This document shows, one piece after another, positions 1-8,864 of a DNA stretch of 64,000 nt. Under the pieces are notes generated by a model, which saw nothing but the letters and a program-made list of their open reading frames with translations, ran no database searches and was not told the DNA's origin. Positions within the stretch are counted from its first letter, which is position 1. Each line of letters begins with the position of its first letter. Both the position numbers and the translations under genes were made by a program. Source of the stretch: Patescibacteria group bacterium (lineage in GTDB: Bacteria > Patescibacteriota > Patescibacteriia > Magasanikbacterales > GWA2-37-8); NCBI GenBank assembly GCA_028705565.1, contig JAQWDH010000003.1, positions 9,371-73,370 of the forward strand, read 5' to 3'.

Positions 1-717
1 AGCGTGCCATATAAAATAACTTTCGCTTTTCAGTTTATTCCTTCGGCATTGGCCGCCAGCGTTTATCCGGCGATGAGCGGATTTTATTTGTCGGACAAGG
101 CGAAAGTAGGCGAGTTGTTTGAAAAATCTTGGCGGTATTTATTTTTGATTGTTTTTCCATTATCGTTCGGATTATTCGTCTTGGCAAAACCGGTAATAAT
201 TTATTTATACGGTCCGAATTTCGCGTTGGCTGCGGAAGTTTTAAAAATTTTGCTGATGAGTTTAATTTTCGGATTTTTAAGTTTTATAACGGGTTCTCTT
301 TTGAACGCAGTTGGAAAACAAAGCAGGCAGACGGCGCTTTTGGGCGCGGCGTTGACAGTAAATATTATTCTAAATTTGATTTTGTTGCCGATTTTCGGCA
401 TAAAAGGCGCGGCTGTATCGGCTTTAGCCGGAAATATAACGCTTTGTCTTGGAGGATTTTATTTTACAGGCCGAGAGATAATAATAAATTATGGCAGATT
501 ATTCAAGTTTTTAAATCAATATTTTTGGCCGGCGTTGTTTATGGCCGCGGCTGTTTATTTTATTTCATCGCGTTTTGGATTTTTTCTTTCCATTCCGGCC
601 GGAATGATTATCTACTGCGCGCTTGTGTTTGTGAGCGGGGGAGTGGATAAGGAAATAATAAAAAGAGTGTTACAAAAAGTGATTAAAAATTCAAATGTTA
701 AAAAACCGATAAATTAA
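1..717 (+). CDS. Wzx/MurJ-like polysaccharide flippase, C-terminal part (5'-truncated by window edge)
   Basis: Open from base 1; many TM helices; 'LNLILLPIFGIKGAAVS' is the typical flippase C-terminal motif; followed by glycosyltransferases. Confidence 0.85.
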   Translation, partial: SVPYKITFAFQFIPSALAASVYPAMSGFYLSDKAKVGELFEKSWRYLFLIVFPLSFGLFVLAKPVIIYLYGPNFALAAEVLKILLMSLIFGFLSFITGSLLNAVGKQSRQTALLGAALTVNIILNLILLPIFGIKGAAVSALAGNITLCLGGFYFTGREIIINYGRLFKFLNQYFWPALFMAAAVYFISSRFGFFLSIPAGMIIYCALVFVSGGVDKEIIKRVLQKVIKNSNVKKPIN

Positions 718-721
718 ATTT

Positions 722-1840
722 ATGAAAACATTGATTATCACATTGGAATATCCGCCGACAACCGGAGGTATCGCTTCGTATGTTTATAACTTCGCCGCGC
801 ATTTGTCGGCGGAAGAAACCATAGTTTACGCTCCGCAAGCGAAAAACAGCAAGGAATTTGATTTAAAAAATAATTGGAAAACATTTCGTTTGAATCCGTA
901 TTTTCCGTTTTTTTGGCCGCGCTGGCTGCGTCTTTTTTGGCAAATCAGAACCATTGTCAAGAAAGAAAAAATCGCCATTATTCATGTGCACCACGCTTTG
1001 CCCGTCGGATATGTCGCGTATTTTATTAAGAAGTTTTATAAAATTCCTTTTTATATTTTTTTACACGGCACGGACTTGGAGTATGCCGCGCGCGCGGGTT
1101 CAAAAATAAATAAACTAGCGAAGATTTGCCGTTTTGCCGACAAAATAATCGTGAATAGTATTTTTTTAAAAAATAAACTGCTTTCAAAAATTGAAAATTT
1201 AGAAAATATTGAAACCATTTATCCTTGTCCGGCTGATTTTTTCTTTTCCTCGGTTTCGGAAGAGGAATTAAGGATATTAAAAGCCAAACTGGCTTTGGAA
1301 AATAAAAAAGTTATTTTAACCGTGGCGCGTATGAGTGATGGCAAGGGGTATCCGCATTTGGTTCGCCTTTTGCCGAAAATTTTGAAAAAGATTCCCAATC
1401 TGGTTTGGCTTATCATCGGCGACGGACCTAAAAAAAATATAATTTTGGAAATGATACAAAAAAATAATTTGCAAAACGCAGTGAGATATCTGGGCGAGGA
1501 ATCTTACGCGGACCTGCCGAAATATTATCAGCTCGCTGATTTGTTCGCGCTTTTGACGCATAAAGACGAATCAGCCGAAGAAGGATGGGGAACAGTGTTT
1601 TTGGAAGCGGCCGCGAGCGGAGTTCCTGTGGTGGCCGGACGCGCCGGAGGCGTTGAAGAAACCGTGGAAAATTTGGTAACAGGACTTTTAGTTGACGCTT
1701 ATCAGGACCAAAGCGTTATCTCGGCCATTACCGATTTATTGCGCGAATCAGAATTTGCCAAAAAAATGGGTCAGGCCGGAAAAGAGAGGGTGTTGGCGGA
1801 ATACACCTGGGAAAAACAAATAATGAAATTAAAAATATGA
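722..1840 (+). CDS. Glycosyltransferase family 4 (GT-B)
   Basis: N-terminal 'EYPPTTGGIASY'; 'EGWGTVFLEAAASGVPVV' EX7E motif. Confidence 0.93.
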   Translation: MKTLIITLEYPPTTGGIASYVYNFAAHLSAEETIVYAPQAKNSKEFDLKNNWKTFRLNPYFPFFWPRWLRLFWQIRTIVKKEKIAIIHVHHALPVGYVAYFIKKFYKIPFYIFLHGTDLEYAARAGSKINKLAKICRFADKIIVNSIFLKNKLLSKIENLENIETIYPCPADFFFSSVSEEELRILKAKLALENKKVILTVARMSDGKGYPHLVRLLPKILKKIPNLVWLIIGDGPKKNIILEMIQKNNLQNAVRYLGEESYADLPKYYQLADLFALLTHKDESAEEGWGTVFLEAAASGVPVVAGRAGGVEETVENLVTGLLVDAYQDQSVISAITDLLRESEFAKKMGQAGKERVLAEYTWEKQIMKLKI

Positions 1841-2553
1841 TTATGCCGGATTCCATTTCAGTCATAATTCCGGTTTGTAATCATGCCAAAGTTTTGGGCC
1901 GTTGTTTTGAGAGCATAAAAAAACAAACGCGCCAACCGTTGGAAATTATTGTCGTGAATGATGGCAGTACGGACGATTTTTTAAAAATAATAGGCGAAAT
2001 TTTGTATTTATACAAAGATTTGGATATAAAGACAATCAATCAAGAAAATAAAGGGGCGGCTACGGCGAGAAACAGTGGACTTGCCGAAGCGAGCGGGGAA
2101 TATGTGATTTTTTGGGACGCGGATACTGTTGCAAAACCGCGGATGCTGGAAAAAATGTTTTTGGCTTTAAAAAACAATTCGCGAGCGTCTTACGCTTATT
2201 CTCAATTCAAGTTCGGCTGGAAGAAAATTAAAAGCCATCCGTTTGACGCGGAATCGCTTAAAAAAATAAATTATATTGACACTACGAGCTTGATAAGACG
2301 AGCAGATTTGCCTGCGCGTGGTTGGGACGAATCGTTAAAAAGATTTCAGGACTGGGACTTGTGGCTTTCAATGCTTGAACAAAATAAAACAGGAGTTTTT
2401 ATTCCGGAAGTTTTGTATGTAAAAATCGTCGGCGGTCGAAAAGGCATGAGCCGCTGGATTCCGAGTTTTTTATTTAAATTGCCATTGAAAATTAAAGCGG
2501 TCAAAGATTACGAAGACGCGAAAAAGGAAATAATAAAAAAACACAATCTTTGA
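1837..2553 (+). CDS. Glycosyltransferase family 2 (GT-A)
   Basis: 'ISVIIPV', 'VVNDGSTD', DxD in 'FWDAD', 'QDWDLW'. Confidence 0.93.
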   Translation: MIMPDSISVIIPVCNHAKVLGRCFESIKKQTRQPLEIIVVNDGSTDDFLKIIGEILYLYKDLDIKTINQENKGAATARNSGLAEASGEYVIFWDADTVAKPRMLEKMFLALKNNSRASYAYSQFKFGWKKIKSHPFDAESLKKINYIDTTSLIRRADLPARGWDESLKRFQDWDLWLSMLEQNKTGVFIPEVLYVKIVGGRKGMSRWIPSFLFKLPLKIKAVKDYEDAKKEIIKKHNL

Positions 2554-2566
2554 ACATAATTGACTA

Positions 2567-2663
2567 TGGACAGTTGTCAATTTTTTTGGTAAAGTAAAAA
2601 AAGTTGGTTCTTTTAAAATTTTAGTTCGCCAAAGGCGGATGCCCAAAAGGCAAAGGAGGAAAA
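2567..2663 (+). promoter_or_regulatory. Sigma70-type promoter, boxA-like motif, hairpins and strong SD of orphan module 1
   Basis: TGGACA(2567)-17-TAAAGT(2590) with TGn; GGTTCTTTTAAAA 2606-2618; hairpins TTCGCC-AAA-GGCGGA and GCC-CAAAA-GGC; CAAAGGAGGAAAA before ATG 2664. Confidence 0.55.
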
Positions 2664-3014
2664 ATGGGAAAAAAAGTAAAAAGTAAAAAAATAAGTTATG
2701 AGCTTTTTTTGTGCCTGTTTCGTTTAAAGTTAACTCCAGAGGAAAAAGAAGAATTAAGTAAAAACGTCCTCCAAATTAAAAAGAAACTTGTTCCTTATGT
2801 TTTGTTGAATTCAACAGAGTTATTTTTTCATATTCCTGACGAGGGGGTAGAAATAAAGAAATTGATAAAGGAAATAGAAAAGTTAAGGCCCATTTCCAAG
2901 TTAGAAGTAATAGAGAGCGTATTGGATAATAAAGAAAATTTGGATTTTTTTAAAAAAGGGGATGCTCTAATTATAAAGCCCAAAGAAGGCATAGAGTACT
3001 CATTGAAGTTTTAG
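2664..3014 (+). CDS. Hypothetical protein (orphan; paralog of the next ORF)
   Basis: Strong SD; ungapped similarity to 3045..3329. Confidence 0.75.
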   Translation: MGKKVKSKKISYELFLCLFRLKLTPEEKEELSKNVLQIKKKLVPYVLLNSTELFFHIPDEGVEIKKLIKEIEKLRPISKLEVIESVLDNKENLDFFKKGDALIIKPKEGIEYSLKF

Positions 3015-3044
3015 TTTGCTATAGTAATAGCAAAGGAGGAAAAA

Positions 3045-3329
3045 ATGAGTGAAGAAAAAAAAACAATGAATCCAAATGAACTTTTAAAAGAGCTGCTCCC
3101 AACAGAAGACAAGAGATTAAATACACAAACATTACTTTTGCATATCCCTAAGCAGGGTATAGAAATTAATGAATTAATGTTAAAGATGAAAGAAATTAGA
3201 GGAATGACTGAACATGAAGTCTTGTGGAATATTTTAAATAACTGGAATAGTTTGGATGTTGAAAAAGTGAATGTCCTTATAATAATAAAAGTAAAGGATG
3301 GTCTTAAACGTTCCACGGAACTTTTTTAA
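3045..3329 (+). CDS. Hypothetical protein (orphan; paralog of the previous ORF)
   Basis: SD CAAAGGAGGAAAA preceded by hairpin TTTGCTAT-AGTA-ATAGCAAA (3015-3034). Confidence 0.75.
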   Translation: MSEEKKTMNPNELLKELLPTEDKRLNTQTLLLHIPKQGIEINELMLKMKEIRGMTEHEVLWNILNNWNSLDVEKVNVLIIIKVKDGLKRSTELF

Positions 3330-3334
3330 ACGCG

Positions 3335-4753
3335 TCAAGCAGAGAATACCTCTGCTTTTTTAGTTTGCGTAGAAGAAGCAACAATCGTTAAAAAGACGAT
3401 TCCGAAAATATGGAAAAGCGCCGGTGAAGTAATGTTGATGACGAGCATCGCCGCGAGCGCGGAAATAAAAAATCGTTTTGAATATGGATAATGATTTACG
3501 GCGTTAAAAATAAAAATTATAAATAAAATCCATATCGCAAATCCGACAGCGCCCATTTCCGCGATTATTTCAAGATAACCCCAGTCAAAATGTTGCGTTG
3601 TGATTTCTTTTTTAAAAACAGGGCTGTAAGCCGTTACAGTGTCGCCCAAACCGCTGCCAAAAATCGGCCTCGCTTTTATTTTTTCCAAAATCGGACCGAG
3701 TAAAAGCATCCGGCTCATTGAACTTTCCTCAACGCGCGGAGCGGCGATGCTTTGCAGCCGCAAACCGAACAATTCCAACCCCAAACTTTGTCCCCGGCTC
3801 GCGACAGAGTGTAAAAAAGTAAAAATTAAAAAGAAAGAAAAGAACACAGCGACTGATACGGCGAGCCATCGTTTCCAATTTTGTTTGTTGAATAAAAATA
3901 AAAGTCCGATAAATAACGCCAAAACATAAACGCGCGTGAGATTTATGGAAAGAATGGATAAAAGAGAGAACACGGAAAAAAACACGATTTTTTTATCGTC
4001 GTATTGTTTTTTGATTATTTTATGCAAGAACAACAATAATGTTGGGGTCAGCAGCAGTTGTTCGTTTAAAATTATTCTATAAAAATTCAACCCCAAGTCG
4101 GTGATTTTTCCGCCCGCGACATCTCGGAACCAATGATAATAGGAATCTTGCAAAGCGAATAATCCTCCGCCAAATCCGAAAAATGTGAAAAGGGCGAAAA
4201 CGGCGTTTCCGATAATCGCCGCGTAAAGCGCGTTCATCGCCGTATTTTTAAATTTTTGTGAATTCCAAAGTTCACGCAGTGGAAAATAATAAAGCAGAAA
4301 TAAATATGGAATAAGGTCTGATATTATCAAAGGAATATCATTACCGAGAAAATATCCGCGCGCCGCGGAAACACACGCGGATAGCATCAGCAACAAAAAT
4401 AAAAAAACGATTTTTTTGTTTTCTTCCAAAGAGGTTTTAACTTTTTTGCTTTGAATTTTTTGAAGCGAGTAAATTGATAAAGACGCGACTAATAGTAAAA
4501 CGCGCAAAGAAACGCCGTGAACAGCGAAAAAATTTCCGCCGCCGCCCAAAAGTATTTCCCCGGCTATTATCAGCCAGCCGATTTCCGGTTTTTTAAATAA
4601 AAAATAAACGGCGGTTGCCAATATAAAAATCGCCGCGATTGAATTAATCGGGTTGGCGGCGAAAAGGGGAGTGTCCGGACCGAAATAATAAGAAAAAATT
4701 CTTATTAAAAAATAAATCACCAAAAAAATCGTTATTTGTTTTGATTTTGGCAT
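3335..4753 (-). CDS. O-antigen ligase/Wzy-like membrane protein
   Basis: Polytopic membrane protein; 'PIFGSGLG', 'HFDWGYLEIIAEMGAVG' Wzy_C motifs; start moved to ATG 4753. Confidence 0.85.
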   Translation of the reverse strand: MPKSKQITIFLVIYFLIRIFSYYFGPDTPLFAANPINSIAAIFILATAVYFLFKKPEIGWLIIAGEILLGGGGNFFAVHGVSLRVLLLVASLSIYSLQKIQSKKVKTSLEENKKIVFLFLLLMLSACVSAARGYFLGNDIPLIISDLIPYLFLLYYFPLRELWNSQKFKNTAMNALYAAIIGNAVFALFTFFGFGGGLFALQDSYYHWFRDVAGGKITDLGLNFYRIILNEQLLLTPTLLLFLHKIIKKQYDDKKIVFFSVFSLLSILSINLTRVYVLALFIGLLFLFNKQNWKRWLAVSVAVFFSFFLIFTFLHSVASRGQSLGLELFGLRLQSIAAPRVEESSMSRMLLLGPILEKIKARPIFGSGLGDTVTAYSPVFKKEITTQHFDWGYLEIIAEMGAVGFAIWILFIIFIFNAVNHYPYSKRFFISALAAMLVINITSPALFHIFGIVFLTIVASSTQTKKAEVFSA

Positions 4754-4760
4754 AAGATTA

Positions 4761-4787
4761 TCATCGCGAGCGAAACGCTGAAATCCC
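4761..4787. repeat. Degenerate TGTCAT-type REP half-element forming the fmt 3' end
   Basis: Minus strand GGGATTTCAGCGTTTCGCTCGCGATGA matches 29286-29312 at 21/27 positions. Confidence 0.6.
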
Positions 4788-5666
4788 ATTCGCGAATTCT
4801 TTCGCGTTCATCGGTTTTTTTCCTTCCGTTTGCAATTCTAAAATTTCAAGCGAACCGTTTTTCGTTCCTAAAAATAATTTATTTTCTTCAAAAGAAAATT
4901 CTCCGGGCGGATTTTTTTTATCGGCGGCGACAGCGATTTTTAAAAGCTTGATTCTTCTGCCGTTCCAAACAAACCAAACACCGGGCCACGGATGAAATCC
5001 GCGCCATTGGTTATATGTTTCAAGAGCGGTTTTATTAAAATCAATTTGGCCGTCTTCACGCGTAAAAATTTTACAAAATGTAGCATCGCTGTCATTTTGC
5101 GGTTCCGGGCGTATTTTGCCTTCAACCCAGTCGCGGATGGTGTCTAAAAGCAAAAATTTGGCGGTTTTAAGCAGTTTTTCGGCCAAAGTGGCGTAATTAT
5201 CGGTATTTGTAATTTTTACGGCTTTTTGGGCTAAAACAGGACCATGGTCCATTTTTTCATCCATTAGCATTATGGAAACGCCGGTTTCTGTTTCGCCATT
5301 GATAAGAGCTGTTTGTATTGGCGAAGCGCCGCGATATTTAGGCAATAAAGAAGGATGGATATTGATTGATTTATATTCAGGTTCTTCCAAAATATTTTTT
5401 GGAATCATAAGACCGTATTCGCAAACTACATTGAGAGAATGGCGGATAAAAGGCGATGAAATGTTTTTTAAATTTTCCGGTTGGAATATCCGGATATTAT
5501 TTTTTTCCGCCAGAATTTTAACCGGCGATTTTTGTATTTCTTGCTTGCGTCCAACAGGTCTGTCCGGAGCGGTAAAAACAGCGGGAATTTCGTGCTCGCC
5601 GCTTTCAATCAAAGTTTTTAAAATTTCAGCCGCAAATTCTCGCGTGCCGAAAAAAATAATTTTCAT
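4761..5666 (-). CDS. fmt: Methionyl-tRNA formyltransferase
   Basis: 'KIIFFGT', 'PDRPVGR', 'NIHPSLLPKYRGASPIQ'; adjacent to def. Confidence 0.97.
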   Translation of the reverse strand: MKIIFFGTREFAAEILKTLIESGEHEIPAVFTAPDRPVGRKQEIQKSPVKILAEKNNIRIFQPENLKNISSPFIRHSLNVVCEYGLMIPKNILEEPEYKSINIHPSLLPKYRGASPIQTALINGETETGVSIMLMDEKMDHGPVLAQKAVKITNTDNYATLAEKLLKTAKFLLLDTIRDWVEGKIRPEPQNDSDATFCKIFTREDGQIDFNKTALETYNQWRGFHPWPGVWFVWNGRRIKLLKIAVAADKKNPPGEFSFEENKLFLGTKNGSLEILELQTEGKKPMNAKEFANGISAFRSR

Positions 5667-5678
5667 AATAATTACGCG

Positions 5679-6158
5679 TCATTCCTTTTTTATATTTTTC
5701 GCTTTATCAATAAATAAAATTCCATCAAGGTGGTCAACCTCATGCTGTATCAAACGAGCTAAAAAATCGGACGCTCTAAATTTCAAAATTTCGCCTTTTT
5801 CGTTAAGCGCCTCAATTTTTATTTTTTTCCATCGTTTTACTTGTCCGCATATATTCGGCACAGACAGGCACCCTTCGTAATCCCATTTTTTTAACAGGGA
5901 AGACGGTTTAATCTCAGGATTTATAAGAACCGTTGGATTTTTTTTATCCGAAGAATAATTTTTTGCGAGCACGCACAGGCGCAGAGAAATTCCGATTTGC
6001 GGAGCCGCCAGTCCGGCTCCGCTTTCGGCGTTTTCCAAAGTTTCAGCCATATCTTTTATTATCCGTTGTATTTTTTTTCCACTGATATCTTTTGGGTCTA
6101 TTTTTTCCGCTTTTTGTCTCAAAACGGAGTTCGGTTCAATTAAAATTTTTAATTTCAT
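5679..6158 (-). CDS. def: Peptide deformylase
   Basis: 'GAGLAAPQIG', 'EGCLS', 'QHEVDHLDG'; start moved to ATG 6158. Confidence 0.97.
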   Translation of the reverse strand: MKLKILIEPNSVLRQKAEKIDPKDISGKKIQRIIKDMAETLENAESGAGLAAPQIGISLRLCVLAKNYSSDKKNPTVLINPEIKPSSLLKKWDYEGCLSVPNICGQVKRWKKIKIEALNEKGEILKFRASDFLARLIQHEVDHLDGILFIDKAKNIKKE

Positions 6159-8053
6159 ACTGTTAGCAAAGTGTTCGGATTGGGGTCTGTTTTCCAATCC
6201 GGCGGCAGGCGCGAAGCCAATAATTTCGCCGCTTGTTTATAATTTTTATAATTGATTTTCGCCAAAATTACTTGCCAATATCTTCCATCGTGAAAATAAG
6301 GATACATTCGCAAAGAACTGGATATCTTAATGTCAAAATCGTTTTTCGTCAAGGGCAGCAGTAAATTATAAACGCGCGCTGATTCTTTTTCGGCGGTTTC
6401 TTGCGAAGGATGTCCGTAACACGCTCTCCATAAAAATTTATAAGGAGGATACGCGAACATTTTTCTTTGCGCCAATTCTTGCAGATAAAAATTTTTCGGG
6501 TCAGACAAACTTTCAAAAATGTAATGTTCGGGATGGTTTGTTTGCGCGACAATTTTGGCGTCTTCCGGCAAATTATATTGCGCAGAACGCAAAATTTGCC
6601 AGAGATCTTCCGTTATTCTGTATTCAGGCACGAAAAGAGGGGTATCAGCGTCCAAAAAGACCAACAATTTTATTCTTTGCCAATTCAAATGAGGCCACGC
6701 CATTTGCGTTCCGACAATAATTTTATTTTCATCGCCGTTCAATTTTGTTATATCATAACTGTCATAATCAACGCGAACGACCTTCCTTTCGTTTTTTCCG
6801 GCAGTAATTTTTCTCATTTCTTTTTCAGCCATTTGCGTTCCGACTCCGAACATCGCCATATTAACGCCGCGGCAATTTTCGCATCGTGTTATCATTTGTC
6901 GTTTGTTTCCGCAAAAATGGCATTCAAGCGAATTTTTATCTTCATGGAAAGTAAGCGGTCTTTGGCAATTTTGGCATCGCAATACAGTTCCGCAATCTCT
7001 GCATCCGACATAACTCGCGGCTCCGCGTCTGTTTAAATAAATAAAAACATCCCCGTTTTTTATTTTTAGTATTTCTTCAACGAGAGAAAGTCCGACAAAG
7101 CCGTAATTTTTCGCTTGCCGTTCTTTTTTTAAATCTAAAATTGAAGGGAGACGCGGTAAAATCGGCGGACAAGAAATATTGGAATCATATATTTTTTTTT
7201 CGGCGAAATAAAATGTTTCCACCGAAGGAGTGTGGGAAAGCAGACGCAGTTTCGCTTCGTGATGTCTTGCTAAAAACATCGCCGCGTCGCGGGTGTGAAA
7301 GCGCGGCGCCATATCCCAACTTTTATAATCCGAATTACCTTCGTCATCTAAAAAAATATTTACGAGGTCAGACCATGGCAAAAAAATCGCTCGTCTTGTT
7401 CCGACAACGATTTTTTTGCGGCCCGTCCACAGGTCAAGCCAAATATCAAATAAATCTTTTTCGCTTGTGTCGCCGCTTATCAAAACAGTTTGTTTTTGTA
7501 AATTTAACGGAAGAATGTTAAAAATTTTTTGTATTTGTGGCAATTCCGGAGCCAATATCAATGTTTGGCGCGAAATGTCTATGTTGTTGGAAATGTAAGC
7601 GATTTTTTCATCCAGATTCGCGTATATGAACATTTCCGGTTTTCCGTTTTTAATTTTGCGCGATTTTTTTTTATCGCGAAAATCGGTTTTTGTTTCATTG
7701 GCGAATACGCGCGACACGGCGGTAATTTTTCTTTTTTGCAGAGGCAAAAGGTTGCTTTTTATTAGAAAACCCAAAGAGGTTCCGTAAAATTCCGAGATAT
7801 CTTCCAAAAAATCAATTTGTTTTTCTGAAAAAACGGGTTTATCAAAAATTATTTCGGATATCGGTTTGATTTTATTTTTTTCGTTTTGTTTTTCCGTTAT
7901 TTTTTTTACGATGCCAAATAAACTTTTTGTTTGAAAAGGAATTTTAACCAATTGCCCGGATTTTATTTTTGTTTTGATTTCGCCAGGAACAGAATAAGTC
8001 AAAAAAGGCAACGAAAATGGCATTCTTCTGGCTGGTATAACATCAATCTGCAT
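6155..8053 (-). CDS. priA: Primosomal protein N' (PriA), helicase motifs degenerate
   Basis: N-terminal 3'-DNA-binding region 'LTYSVP..GQLVKIPF'; 'YLNRRG'; four CxxC; C-terminal 'YPPY'. Confidence 0.9.
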   Translation of the reverse strand: MQIDVIPARRMPFSLPFLTYSVPGEIKTKIKSGQLVKIPFQTKSLFGIVKKITEKQNEKNKIKPISEIIFDKPVFSEKQIDFLEDISEFYGTSLGFLIKSNLLPLQKRKITAVSRVFANETKTDFRDKKKSRKIKNGKPEMFIYANLDEKIAYISNNIDISRQTLILAPELPQIQKIFNILPLNLQKQTVLISGDTSEKDLFDIWLDLWTGRKKIVVGTRRAIFLPWSDLVNIFLDDEGNSDYKSWDMAPRFHTRDAAMFLARHHEAKLRLLSHTPSVETFYFAEKKIYDSNISCPPILPRLPSILDLKKERQAKNYGFVGLSLVEEILKIKNGDVFIYLNRRGAASYVGCRDCGTVLRCQNCQRPLTFHEDKNSLECHFCGNKRQMITRCENCRGVNMAMFGVGTQMAEKEMRKITAGKNERKVVRVDYDSYDITKLNGDENKIIVGTQMAWPHLNWQRIKLLVFLDADTPLFVPEYRITEDLWQILRSAQYNLPEDAKIVAQTNHPEHYIFESLSDPKNFYLQELAQRKMFAYPPYKFLWRACYGHPSQETAEKESARVYNLLLPLTKNDFDIKISSSLRMYPYFHDGRYWQVILAKINYKNYKQAAKLLASRLPPDWKTDPNPNTLLTV

Positions 8054-8055
8054 AA

Positions 8056-8847
8056 TTAAAACGTAAAATTCGCGGTAAGATAACCAACGCCGAAAGGCGA
8101 TTCATAAGAATATTTTTTATAATCAAAATTTACTCCGCGCAAAATCCCCATCAGCATAAGAAACGATCTGAATCCGCATTCTGACGCGTCATTCACGAAA
8201 TTTTTATCAAGCTGGAGCATACCGACAGTGTTGCGGCTTGAAAGAAGCTCTTGAATTTTTTTATCAAATTCTTCTCCGGCTTGGTTGTATCCCGCCGGCG
8301 CGTCGTTGGAAAGAGCGTGAGAAAGATCGCCGGAAGCGATAACGGCAACCCGTTTTTGCGAACGCATAATTTGTTCTTTTATCAAATATCCGAAATTAAG
8401 ATGCGTTTTCCAATCCAAATCGCAAAAACCAATCGGCAAAACAGCGGCGTTTGGCAAGTGGCGCGTTAAATAATACAACGGAATTCCAGAACCGTGATCC
8501 AACCCCTTTTCGCTTATCATTGTCAAAGGAAAATCTTCGTCGCGAGCTTCTTCGCGAATTAAAACAGATAAATTCATTTCGCCTTTGAATTTCGTTTTTG
8601 TCGTAAGGTCGCCGAAATCTCTAAAATCGGTTTCAAATTCCGGGCAGATATTTATCGTAAAAGCTTCTTTGAAATAACTTCCATGCGGAGAAATAACCAT
8701 TATTATGTCAGGTCTTGCAAGATAAAGGTCTTCTTCCATTTTTTCCATCGCTTTTTTTGTTTTTTCCAATTTTTTTATCGCTTCTTTTCCTATTGTCGGA
8801 ATAAGAAGCGGGGGGTGCGGAGTGATGGCCGCGAACACAAGAGACAT
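8056..8847 (-). CDS. AmmeMemoRadiSam system protein B / MEMO1-LigB family
   Basis: 'PHPPLLIP', 'ISPHG', 'LDHG', 'IASGDLSH', 'YESPFGVGY'. Confidence 0.85.
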   Translation of the reverse strand: MSLVFAAITPHPPLLIPTIGKEAIKKLEKTKKAMEKMEEDLYLARPDIIMVISPHGSYFKEAFTINICPEFETDFRDFGDLTTKTKFKGEMNLSVLIREEARDEDFPLTMISEKGLDHGSGIPLYYLTRHLPNAAVLPIGFCDLDWKTHLNFGYLIKEQIMRSQKRVAVIASGDLSHALSNDAPAGYNQAGEEFDKKIQELLSSRNTVGMLQLDKNFVNDASECGFRSFLMLMGILRGVNFDYKKYSYESPFGVGYLTANFTF

Positions 8848-8864
8848 ACTTTTTGTTTTAAAAA

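Noticed and set aside
2620-2660. c-di-GMP-I riboswitch (GCAAA-like words and hairpins)
   Set aside because: Too short and lacks the P2/P3 tetraloop-receptor architecture
8056-8847. Complete AmmeMemoRadiSam system
   Set aside because: Only the B/MEMO component is present; AMMECR1 and radical SAM partners are not in this window
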